Positions 55,831-64,000 of a stretch of 64,000 bases of DNA are shown piece after piece. Each line of letters begins with the position of its first letter. Position 1 is the first letter of the stretch. The stretch lies in the sequence record NC_031043.1; one strand, 5' to 3'. The notes below the pieces were generated by a model. The model was not told where the DNA came from, ran no database searches, and was given only the letters and a program-made list of their open reading frames with translations. The position numbers were made by a program, and so were the translations under genes.

Positions 55831-56587
55831 GCTTATCTTTTTTTGCCAACATCTTGAATTGTTCAGCAGTGGCATTCAGACAGTTGGTCAGCTCATCGGT
55901 CTGACGCATGAACAGGCCAAGTAACTGCACCCATGCATCCGCCATGTCAACCAGCTTCACTAACTCTTTACCCACGTTCGGGTTAATCGAGGAGTCAGAA
56001 ATAATCTGCACCGATTCAGCGATAGACTCCACCAGATTCTGGGTGTCTTTACGTACCGCTTTACTGATAGCATCACGCAGGGCGCTGGCACGGTGGAACG
56101 CTGCTTCCAGTTCAGAAGCCGAACGGTACGCCTTTTCGAACGGGCGCTGGTCAATCGCAGACGCAACGTAGTTCTTTGACAGCTTCTTCGTGAGGTCATC
56201 GGCATTGACGTTAGACAATGGGTATTTGAACCCTGCCATACGGAACGCAACCGGGACAGTCAGCATAGCAGGGGAGTTAGCCAAACCTGCCAGTTCGAGG
56301 TTAACTGGTTTCAGTACCCCGTCAACGATTCCGTCCAATACTTTCCAGACGTCTTCCAGTTGTTTGAGGTGGTCAAACACGAAGGCATCGAAACCCGGTG
56401 GGACTGGTACAAGCATCCCGACAAAGTTGCCATACTGTTCGCGTTTAATCCATTTGGTTACTTCGTCAACATCGTTGTAAGTGGCCAGTACAACATCATC
56501 TTTTGTACCACCAAAGAAACGCGGGACGACGGTGGTCAAGTTACTGACCATGGTGGCCATAGCAGGCCCGATGTCGCGGATGTTCAT
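55826..56587 (-). CDS. Helical protein, probably virion-associated (253 aa)
   Basis: AAGGA SD; predominantly amphipathic helical sequence; function inferred from context only. Confidence 0.55.
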   Translation of the reverse strand: MNIRDIGPAMATMVSNLTTVVPRFFGGTKDDVVLATYNDVDEVTKWIKREQYGNFVGMLVPVPPGFDAFVFDHLKQLEDVWKVLDGIVDGVLKPVNLELAGLANSPAMLTVPVAFRMAGFKYPLSNVNADDLTKKLSKNYVASAIDQRPFEKAYRSASELEAAFHRASALRDAISKAVRKDTQNLVESIAESVQIISDSSINPNVGKELVKLVDMADAWVQLLGLFMRQTDELTNCLNATAEQFKMLAKKDKR

Positions 56588-56696
56588 TAGAGTTCCTTAC
56601 GGTTAAGGGATTAATCATAGTATTGATACTTTTTACATAACATTCCTAAACTATGTATACCCTAAACCACCGAATATTTTGAAATGGAGCATTACG

Positions 56697-58175
56697 ATGG
56701 CAGGTCCTAAGAAGGCGACACAAGGTGAAGCGATTCGTCCGCGTTTTAACGTCTGGACTATTTTCGACCACGCGTTGGGTGAGTACGTAAAAGGGGACGA
56801 TAACCTCTGGTACCTCAACGGTGGCTTTGGCCACATCATGGGTTTTGCAGGTCGAGGCAACACCTTTAAATCGTTCTTGCTCGATTATTGCATTGCAACT
56901 ATTCTGCTGCGCTACCGTGCAGAATGGGCATCGAAGTACGATACTGAAGTTTCCGCACAGCTTTCCCGTATGCAGACAGTAGTGCGCTGTGTCTGTATTG
57001 CCAACGGCTGGGATTACGATTACGCCGAGCATGCGGTTGAAGTATTAATGGAGAAAGGTTGCTTTAACATGCAATCCTCCGAACTGGTACCGGGTGAACA
57101 GTGGTGGGCGGACTACATTCGTGATGAAGTAGAAGACCGCTACAAACAGTACATGGGTCGTAAGAACCTGCGTGAAACTCCGTTCCCTGACCCTATCCGC
57201 AAAGAAAACAAAAAGATGCTCAACCCGTGGCTGTACGGGTGTGACTCTTTGTCAGAGTGGAAAACTTCCAAAATGGAAGATGCCCGTGATGACTCTAACG
57301 TGGGTGACTCCGAGCAGAACGCCTTGGCGGCACAGGATGCGAAACAGAAGTCTGACATGATGGGGCGCTGGCCGAATGCGTTGGCTCGCGGACACTTCTA
57401 CATGGGCTTTGTGGTTCACATCACTGACAACATGCAGATGGGACGTATTGAGCCGGGTAAGAAGCTCGATGAGTTCAAAGGTAACATCAAGTTCGCTAAC
57501 GTGCCGGGGCGTGCCGTTACCTTCCTGACTAACTCCTTATTAGTGGCCACGCACTCAGGCGACTGTAAGCAGCCGGGTACCTTTAACTCGAAGACCGGTG
57601 TTGAAGACCCAATGTTCCCGTCAGCGAAGTCGAAGGGGATGAGTTCGTCGGTCAACGACTTGAAGATTATCCGTTACACTCAGTTCCGTGCCAAGTCAGG
57701 CCCGACTGGTGTGAAGATGGACATGATCTACTCACAGGAGCTGGGCTTTATGCCGCACCTGTCCTTGTGGTATTACCTGAAAGAAACCATTACGGGCGAT
57801 TATGGGTTTAACCGCTCTGGACATTTCTATGAGCTTCAAATCCTGCCGGGAGTGAAATTCGGTCGTACCACTATCTTTGACATGGCGTTGGAAAACCGTC
57901 GTTTACAGCGTGCATTAGAAATTACCGCAGGGCTGGCGTATATCCAGAACAACTGGTTCCGTTTGGAGCCTGAGTATCATATCACGCCGCAAGAGCTTTA
58001 CGACAAGGTGAAGGAAGCTGGTTTTGACTGGGATGAAATCTTAGACAATACCGTAGAATATTGGCAGTTCAAAGACCAAGAGACGAAAGGCTCTAAACGT
58101 TGTGTGACCGTGAAGACATTACTCGACATGGCACTCAAGGGTCTGAAGCCAAAATTCCTCACTGTGAAAAAATAA
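56697..58175 (+). CDS. uvsX: UvsX/RecA-like recombinase
   Basis: Walker A variant GFAGRGNTFKS, YDTE, Walker B-like YGCDSLS, ARGHF..VVH, QFRAKSG; typical phiKZ-like position near RNase H. Start placed at MAGPK (GGAG SD). Confidence 0.7.
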   Translation: MAGPKKATQGEAIRPRFNVWTIFDHALGEYVKGDDNLWYLNGGFGHIMGFAGRGNTFKSFLLDYCIATILLRYRAEWASKYDTEVSAQLSRMQTVVRCVCIANGWDYDYAEHAVEVLMEKGCFNMQSSELVPGEQWWADYIRDEVEDRYKQYMGRKNLRETPFPDPIRKENKKMLNPWLYGCDSLSEWKTSKMEDARDDSNVGDSEQNALAAQDAKQKSDMMGRWPNALARGHFYMGFVVHITDNMQMGRIEPGKKLDEFKGNIKFANVPGRAVTFLTNSLLVATHSGDCKQPGTFNSKTGVEDPMFPSAKSKGMSSSVNDLKIIRYTQFRAKSGPTGVKMDMIYSQELGFMPHLSLWYYLKETITGDYGFNRSGHFYELQILPGVKFGRTTIFDMALENRRLQRALEITAGLAYIQNNWFRLEPEYHITPQELYDKVKEAGFDWDEILDNTVEYWQFKDQETKGSKRCVTVKTLLDMALKGLKPKFLTVKK

Positions 58176-58184
58176 CTTTTGTCC

Positions 58185-58206
58185 GGGTAGGGGGAAACCC
58201 CTACCC
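58185..58206 (+). promoter_or_regulatory. Stable GAAA-loop hairpin (terminator or mRNA stabiliser)
   Basis: GGGTAGGGG-GAAA-CCCCTACCC; no U-tract follows, and the next SD lies immediately downstream. Confidence 0.5.
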
Positions 58207-58221
58207 TAAAGGATTTTAAAA

Positions 58222-58533
58222 ATGCGTTATCAATCCCTAATTATTGAGCGTATTCGCCAAGGGTTGGTTGCAATCAGCCCACAAGTTGCGGAAACCTTTG
58301 TTCAAACCTGTTCCCCACCGATTAACGACCTGCCTACCTTTGTACGTCAAGTGAATGCCCATTTCGTGGGTCTGCTGGCAAGTCATGGGGTGACAGTTGG
58401 TAAACGTGGTTTCGATATCCCAGAAGATGATGAAGCTATTCCGTATTGGGTTGAAGACTTAGAACGGCGTGTTCACCCTGTATTGAAAGCGGCAAAGGAG
58501 AAACAAGATGGCTCTGAATCAGCAGTTGCGTAA
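58222..58533 (+). CDS. Hypothetical protein (103 aa)
   Basis: AAGGA SD; overlaps the next gene. Confidence 0.6.
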   Translation: MRYQSLIIERIRQGLVAISPQVAETFVQTCSPPINDLPTFVRQVNAHFVGLLASHGVTVGKRGFDIPEDDEAIPYWVEDLERRVHPVLKAAKEKQDGSESAVA

Positions 58534-59179
58534 AAAGGCTGAAGCGTACATCATCTCCGTGCTGGATGCGGTTGACCCGTCGGGGATTAACTCCAAGATA
58601 GCCAAGGAAAGTCTGCCGCAAATGAAAGACGATGAATTCGTCGCCATGGCCAAGCAAGGCATTCCAATGTATCAGCCGGTGGGCGGTAAGACGAAAATCG
58701 ATTACCGTAACAACATCAAAGTCGCCGAGAAGATGGGGATTCCCTTATCTGAAAAGGTGTGGTTGACCGAACCGAAGACGGGCATTACCCATCTGACACG
58801 GCATCCCCATTTGATTCTGTTGCTGCCGATTCGTCGTCAGACGCAGATGCTCGAGAAAAAGATGTCGGTAGCGAAACACGACAAAGTGCGTGATAAGCTG
58901 ACCGGTCAAGTTACGGGCCCATCAAAAGCATCGGGTATTTCGTTCCCTGAAGCTTACATTATCTTTTCTGACCAACTTGATGAGTCATTGCAAGAGTTCC
59001 TGCATGCGCGTGGTGGTAACGAGGCCCTTAACCGTGCCTTCTACCAAGCCCTGCGTTTAACAGGACGTGGCCGTATTCACATTCCCGGTGCTGAGCGTAC
59101 TTCTGCGAAGTCTACTCGTACTTGGGGCGCCTATTATAAAGCAATGCACATCGGTAGCAACTTAGGACACCCGCAATGA
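58508..59179 (+). CDS. Multisubunit RNA polymerase beta subunit, C-terminal fragment (virion RNAP, phiKZ gp149-like)
   Basis: EKVWLTEPKTG..LLLPIRRQTQMLEKK..DKLTGQVTGPSKASGISFPE parallels the RpoB C-terminal LKLxHLVxDK..SLVTQQP.GGKAQ..RFGEME region; adjacent to uvsX. Confidence 0.65.
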   Translation: MALNQQLRKKAEAYIISVLDAVDPSGINSKIAKESLPQMKDDEFVAMAKQGIPMYQPVGGKTKIDYRNNIKVAEKMGIPLSEKVWLTEPKTGITHLTRHPHLILLLPIRRQTQMLEKKMSVAKHDKVRDKLTGQVTGPSKASGISFPEAYIIFSDQLDESLQEFLHARGGNEALNRAFYQALRLTGRGRIHIPGAERTSAKSTRTWGAYYKAMHIGSNLGHPQ

Positions 59180-59898
59180 TATTCACGCGTCGGAGCTTAA
59201 TCGATATTAGTTGTTTAGTGGATGACCGCTTAGGATTAGTCGAAGCCCGTTATCCGCATCTGTTGGATAAGTTGGAGCTGGCTGCATTCTATACCCGCAT
59301 AACCGAAGTGTGGGCTAGTATTATCGGCATCCCAGACTTTTACACTGAATACGCCAACCGCGACGTTGCTGTGTTGAAAGCCTCCCGCCCGACGCAGTTT
59401 ATTAACGTGTTCCGTGAAAAGCTTCAGGAAGACTTGCTGGCCATCAAACTGTCTGCGCCTATTGAGCGTCCGCAGGTCACCATTAACTTCTATCCGTACA
59501 CGGACTTATCGCAACTCGAACGTAAAGAGTTTGAGACGGTCTTCCGTGAACTGTTCCCCGGTGTAGAAATCAATACCGTGTGTATTCCCTTGAAAGTGCT
59601 GACGCCTGAGTTCCTCAGAGGGCAGTGGGACGCATGGTTTACGTACGACTATTACGACTGGATGGAACTGCAAAGCAAAAATCTGGCCACGCGTATCCCA
59701 CGGTTTGTGTTACACCGTCCGGGTATCTTGACCAAAGAGCTGACACCGGAAACGGTCGAAGTCATTAAGCGGGATGGTGTGAATCCATTCGACGAGTCAA
59801 AAAAATTCCTTGCCGAGTACATCACAGTAGAAACACTCAAAGTGTCTCTGTTCTGTCATGTACCCGACCTGGACATTACTCCGCCACCGCCTGTTTAA
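59176..59898 (+). CDS. Conserved jumbo-phage hypothetical protein (240 aa)
   Basis: ATGA coupling; the N-terminal LIDISCLVD is weakly HAD-like but not sufficient for assignment. Confidence 0.6.
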   Translation: MIFTRRSLIDISCLVDDRLGLVEARYPHLLDKLELAAFYTRITEVWASIIGIPDFYTEYANRDVAVLKASRPTQFINVFREKLQEDLLAIKLSAPIERPQVTINFYPYTDLSQLERKEFETVFRELFPGVEINTVCIPLKVLTPEFLRGQWDAWFTYDYYDWMELQSKNLATRIPRFVLHRPGILTKELTPETVEVIKRDGVNPFDESKKFLAEYITVETLKVSLFCHVPDLDITPPPPV

Positions 59899-60343
59899 CC
59901 TTGTCGAACTCGTTCGCCATGATTTCTTCAACGTCGATAGTCTCTCCAACCGAAGAGAGCTCGCCATCGATGTGCGTAACGGATGGGATTTCTGGAATGA
60001 CTGGGGACCAATCACCTTCGACGGCTTCGTCGTCATCGTGGCGTTGAATCTTCGCACCCAGTCTTTCAGTCAATACCTGATTAATAGCATTTGCCAAATC
60101 GCCCATTTTCTCGGCTGATTTGTCCTGCGCAGCGATACGACGACGGTTGGTGACTTGCGCATCAATCCCGCTGAGCATTTTGTTCAGGCTATTGATTTCG
60201 TCCTTATCCAGTGCTGCTGCAGGCTTGGACATGATGCCGTCTGCCACCGTAATACGTATCTGTTGCGTATGGCGTTCAATGGCTACGTCATCACTTACAT
60301 CACCAGCAAATTTTTGATGAGTCAGCTTCACTTCTTCGCTCAT
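59876..60343 (-). CDS. Hypothetical protein (155 aa)
   Basis: AGAGG SD; convergent with the previous gene. Confidence 0.6.
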   Translation of the reverse strand: MSEEVKLTHQKFAGDVSDDVAIERHTQQIRITVADGIMSKPAAALDKDEINSLNKMLSGIDAQVTNRRRIAAQDKSAEKMGDLANAINQVLTERLGAKIQRHDDDEAVEGDWSPVIPEIPSVTHIDGELSSVGETIDVEEIMANEFDKVKQAVAE

Positions 60344-60374
60344 ACAAGTACCTCTCTAAAAAGGAAACGGATAT

Positions 60375-60896
60375 ATGTTATCAATGTGCATGGAGTGGAT
60401 TAGAAAGCATCTCTATAATCGTCGTAGAGAGCAGCTAGTCGCCACGTTTCATAAGAACAGTAACAATGTCTACCTGCACGTCGTAACCGGCTTAGAACTG
60501 ATTACAGAGCCTCTAGAATATAAATCCGGGAACTACGCTCCTATCTCTCTGTTTGGTCAAATTGAGAGTGTGGTGCCAGTCTTCGGAATCTTAGTCGACA
60601 GACTCCGTTTTCATTTAACGAACTTCGAGAATCAACTCGGTGGAGGCAAAGCACGAGAAATCCCCGATAACCTGTCACGCAAGAACGATGTAGTTCTGCT
60701 ACGCTGGAAAGATATCTACTTTCAGACCACCAGTCCTGATACAGTCCGTCAGCAGCTAGCAGTCATTCGGCAGCTTTTGGTTCAATACGAGCATGTGTTT
60801 ACAACACCGGCATCGGGAACCGAAGAAGATGTGTTGTGGCGTAATACGCAACCTATCTTACGCGAGTTAGAGGTCATAGTGGAACACTACCTCTAA
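60375..60896 (+). CDS. Hypothetical protein
   Basis: Open frame; the true start may be downstream because the annotated ATG lies within a promoter-like motif (60369-60381). Confidence 0.55.
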   Translation: MLSMCMEWIRKHLYNRRREQLVATFHKNSNNVYLHVVTGLELITEPLEYKSGNYAPISLFGQIESVVPVFGILVDRLRFHLTNFENQLGGGKAREIPDNLSRKNDVVLLRWKDIYFQTTSPDTVRQQLAVIRQLLVQYEHVFTTPASGTEEDVLWRNTQPILRELEVIVEHYL

Positions 60897-60927
60897 CATT
60901 ATACCAACCTTGGAGCAAGGATGGAAA

Positions 60928-61758
60928 ATGGACGAGCCAGAAAAGTCACTTACTGAAGGTGAGACGCCGCAAGACCCGCCATCGGGTAATTATCTACGAT
61001 GGGTTTATTGGGAACTTGCTAAAGCAATGGAGGTCGGCCCGAAACTCTGGGTGCCTTTGATTCACGAGTATGCAAATAACCCTGACTACCTCGGACGCTC
61101 TTCTGCATTACCTGAAGAACGGGCACAGCGACTCACTATCGCACTAACCGGTGGTAACATCGTGGGTTTGCAACCTGACCTCACGTGGAAGCGTTTTAAT
61201 GAAGGTCTGGTAATCCTCAAGATACAGTCACTGAAAGTCACCGTCACTGCAAAGCGCGGGAACTGGAGTGATAAGCAAACGGTCTGGGCGTATACCCGTC
61301 CGCAAAGCGACCACTTGAGGACAATTAATAAAGAGGATGAAGAGCAGTTACGGGAGTCAGTTGGTCGTACCTTAGACCGCTATTTCGAGAACACCGCCCA
61401 TACCGCGACCCGCGTGATGGACCACATCCTACTCAAACTGTTCTGGCAACTCATCAATAAGTACAAGATAGATAATGTGGCATGGAAGCGGTTACTGGTG
61501 GCTTACGTCAATAACCCTGAGAACTGCCCCCAGCTGAAGAGTCGGCGTAACGATGCCCGACATAACCTTCAACAATCTGTTCGTCGAACCAAAAAGCTGA
61601 CATGGCGTTTCTTCTTAAAGGCCCTGAAAGCGATTGATGTCCGTGGTATTGATATTGCGTTTCTCTTCACCACCGAGAGTGAGAAGGAAATCGAAATTGC
61701 CACGAGTATTGATTTGACGAAACACACGTTTAAGAGTGGGAAAGACAAAGATGAGTAA
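60928..61758 (+). CDS. Hypothetical protein with an internal two-fold repeat
   Basis: W..L...Y.NNP.....L.....LTW..F...L occurs twice. Confidence 0.65.
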   Translation: MDEPEKSLTEGETPQDPPSGNYLRWVYWELAKAMEVGPKLWVPLIHEYANNPDYLGRSSALPEERAQRLTIALTGGNIVGLQPDLTWKRFNEGLVILKIQSLKVTVTAKRGNWSDKQTVWAYTRPQSDHLRTINKEDEEQLRESVGRTLDRYFENTAHTATRVMDHILLKLFWQLINKYKIDNVAWKRLLVAYVNNPENCPQLKSRRNDARHNLQQSVRRTKKLTWRFFLKALKAIDVRGIDIAFLFTTESEKEIEIATSIDLTKHTFKSGKDKDE

Positions 61759-62947
61759 TATCGTAAAACCCGATGCGCGGTTAGTCGCTGCCCTCGACGG
61801 TATGGAACAGCAGATGGATAAACTGTTGGCAACGCAAGCCGCCGCCTCAGTCCGTGGTGCAGGTGGTGGTACCGGTCCAACGACACGTGCCACTATTTTC
61901 GAAACCGACCCCACTGGTCTTCTTCCTAACTTTGACCCATTACTGCGCCAAGTTGCTTCCCCGTTTGAAGGGATAGATAAACTGGGCAGTGATGTGCTGA
62001 GTTATTTAGACCCGTCAGGTAAACTGGGGAACCTGGCCAAGAAAGCCGTTTCTGCTCTCCCGAGTGAGTTGAAGGAAGCCGGTACCAAACTCGCCCGTGG
62101 TGATATCGTTGATGCTGCGAAGGGTATTACCGGTTTGCAGAGCTTCCGTGACGTCAGTACCCTGGTGACCACCAAGGACGGTAAGTTCGGCCTGGACTTT
62201 AATTCGGTCAAAGGTCGTATTGAGCGTTCGTTCGGTATTAACGGTGCGCTGGGTCAACTCTCCCCTGAAGTACAGAACCTCATCGGTAAAGCATCTACCG
62301 AGTTCTACGGCGATGAGATGGGTACCATCTTCAACAACGTGGTCGGTGCGGTTACCTCTGCAGACTTTAATTCGGTCTCCAGTGTGACGGATGTGATTAA
62401 CCGTATCGCTGGTCAATCTAAACTGTGGGATGTGTTCGACTTAAGTGCGGGTGCCGCATTGATTTACGGGTTGTCTGATAAGCTCGTTGAATGGGGCGCT
62501 CCAGACATGCTGGACGACGTACTGGATAAAATCACCGACGTCAAAGCCCAGAAAGCAATGATGGATGAGTTGGCTATCCGTGCCTCTGCCAGTGGTTCCC
62601 TCCAATCGACCGAACACTACGTTGACCGTTTGGATGCTAACCGCCGCCCAGCGATTGCCGACCTCGTTATCAGTAACATGATGCGCAGTGTCAGCTTCTG
62701 GGGTTCTGACCGTACCGATGCCTCGTACGGCAGCTACGGCGCGCGCATGATTGCGCTGTTCGAGAAGCTTGACCCTAACTGGGATAAAGACCCTTACGAC
62801 CACACGTCATACAGCTGCTATTATTTCACGCTGATGAATGACACGGCCTACAAAGCCTTACTGACTACTGCAAAGCGTCCGTTCTGTGCAGTGTTTGGTA
62901 TCGTGCGTCGTGATGATGTCGACACCATTATCTCGAACAACTTTTAG
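61751..62947 (+). CDS. Hypothetical, probably virion-associated helical protein
   Basis: Start placed at MSNIVK, overlapping the previous stop; Gly/Ala/Ser-rich helical N-terminal half. Confidence 0.6.
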   Translation: MSNIVKPDARLVAALDGMEQQMDKLLATQAAASVRGAGGGTGPTTRATIFETDPTGLLPNFDPLLRQVASPFEGIDKLGSDVLSYLDPSGKLGNLAKKAVSALPSELKEAGTKLARGDIVDAAKGITGLQSFRDVSTLVTTKDGKFGLDFNSVKGRIERSFGINGALGQLSPEVQNLIGKASTEFYGDEMGTIFNNVVGAVTSADFNSVSSVTDVINRIAGQSKLWDVFDLSAGAALIYGLSDKLVEWGAPDMLDDVLDKITDVKAQKAMMDELAIRASASGSLQSTEHYVDRLDANRRPAIADLVISNMMRSVSFWGSDRTDASYGSYGARMIALFEKLDPNWDKDPYDHTSYSCYYFTLMNDTAYKALLTTAKRPFCAVFGIVRRDDVDTIISNNF

Positions 62948-62958
62948 TGGGGAAACAC

Positions 62959-63951
62959 ATGGTTACGATTGACCCGAAGGTTGTACCGCTCACTCGATTG
63001 ATGGGACTCATCAGCACGATTAAAGGCGGTAATCGATACGGTATCCCAGACGCAGAACGTGAACTGGTGATATCTCGTATTCAGCACGACGTGCGGTTAG
63101 GGATTGTGTACCCGAGAGTATTCCGGGAAGACATGATGGAACCCGAATTATTAGAACCTTATCGAACGGGGAAACACGACGACGAGTACGGTGTGGCGAT
63201 GGCGTTGGAACACGGTATGAACTTACCGCTTGCAAATGCTAAGCAATATAACCCGCTGAAATACACCCATCGTGAAGGCAAGTGGCTACGTGATACTAGC
63301 TACTACATGCATTTGCGTGGTATTGGTGCGGCGGCAATATTCAGTCATGTGGGCGATGACACCGATGGACTGAACCACATCAACATCTATTCCGATGCCA
63401 AAACGTTTGTCGGGGCATGTGCCAGTAACTTTACCGAGGCTCACCATGAGACTCGTGATGGTACCTTCCGTACGTTGGAAGGTTATTATCACTGGTTGCG
63501 TATTCGTGATTGGATGCGGGCGACGAATCAACCGTTCGCTAATATGGCGGAAATGGAAGAGAAGTATCCGGGTATTCATCGTTTGCGTAATCAGTCAGGG
63601 CCTGAAGCAATTCGTGACGGTCGCAAGCTGAAGTCTAACTTGTACGGCGGCACTACTTACAAAGTGGCCGGGTTCTCAGAGGAAGCGACACAGGACTTTA
63701 AGTGGGCGTTGGCATACAAGCTACATGCTTTGCACTTCAATAATGTGACGCTAGGTAATTATTTGTCGTGTCTGGTGTACAGCGGATTCCCTTTGAAGCA
63801 CTACTACGTGTATCAGGGAAAAGCGAAGTTCCCAGCGTACAATGAATGGCTACCTAATATCTTGACTGCGCTGTTGGAGCATATTGACCCTAACGGTGCG
63901 GACTTTGATCTCGAAGCCTTACAGGCCAAAATCATTGAGGGTTCCGTATGA
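62959..63951 (+). CDS. Protein with a C-terminal NADAR/YbiA-like domain
   Basis: HINIYSDAKTFVGACASNF..DGTFRTLEGYYHWL..AIRDGRKLK recalls the NADAR pattern LSNF..G..F.SVEHYYQ..K..ak..Gr. Confidence 0.5.
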   Translation: MVTIDPKVVPLTRLMGLISTIKGGNRYGIPDAERELVISRIQHDVRLGIVYPRVFREDMMEPELLEPYRTGKHDDEYGVAMALEHGMNLPLANAKQYNPLKYTHREGKWLRDTSYYMHLRGIGAAAIFSHVGDDTDGLNHINIYSDAKTFVGACASNFTEAHHETRDGTFRTLEGYYHWLRIRDWMRATNQPFANMAEMEEKYPGIHRLRNQSGPEAIRDGRKLKSNLYGGTTYKVAGFSEEATQDFKWALAYKLHALHFNNVTLGNYLSCLVYSGFPLKHYYVYQGKAKFPAYNEWLPNILTALLEHIDPNGADFDLEALQAKIIEGSV

Positions 63952-64000
63952 GTCTTTCAGCATTACTGCAAGGGATTGACAACGACAAAGAGTGGGGTCA
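63948..64000 (+). CDS. Start of the next gene (runs off the window)
   Basis: ATGA overlap with the previous stop; reads MSLSALLQGIDNDKEWG. Confidence 0.5.
   Translation, partial: MSLSALLQGIDNDKEWG

Noticed and set aside
59176-59898. HAD-family phosphatase call for the 240-aa protein
   Set aside because: LIDISCLVD lacks the second Asp of DxD and no later HAD motifs were identifiable.
1-64000. tRNA, rRNA, integrase, transposase, intron or intein
   Set aside because: None was recognisable by eye; intergenic gaps are short and mostly explained by terminators or promoters. tRNAscan-SE and an intein HMM were not run.

Overview
This window looks like part of a phiKZ-like jumbo myophage genome (Chimalliviridae; gene order and content resemble SPN3US/PhiEaH2-type enterobacterial phages, inferred without a database search). 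From left to right: (i) 1-12.5 kb holds three tandem copies of a three-gene virion-protein cassette plus four short paralogues, six of which share a C-terminal DGE(L/M)(D/N)GF tag; (ii) 12.6-13.8 kb encodes an M15-type peptidase and a DUF1353 protein; (iii) 13.9-19.3 kb is a compact minus-strand operon with three paralogous small proteins (two with 82-residue, 21-Cys CXXX-repeat tails, one truncated after 2 Cys), two radical SAM enzymes (one with a SPASM domain), two unknown proteins and a DUF4376-like tail-fibre-associated protein, placed directly after the tail-fibre genes; (iv) 19.3-36.7 kb encodes four paralogous tail-fibre-like proteins, a DUF1471-like miniprotein and a baseplate spike; (v) 37-64 kb holds mostly plus-strand genes: SbcC/Rad50 ATPase, macrodomain, lytic transglycosylase, probable spanin pair, DEDD exonuclease, RNase H, UvsX/RecA, a split RNA polymerase beta C-terminal subunit, a NADAR-like protein and many hypotheticals. 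The best candidate for an undescribed system is the operon in (iii): a RiPP-like radical SAM/CXXX-repeat maturation locus whose substrates carry tail-fibre-like N-termini, suggesting enzymatic cross-linking of a virion appendage. No rRNA, tRNA, CRISPR array or mobile element was recognised. All family assignments come from motif recognition by eye and need HMM or structure confirmation.
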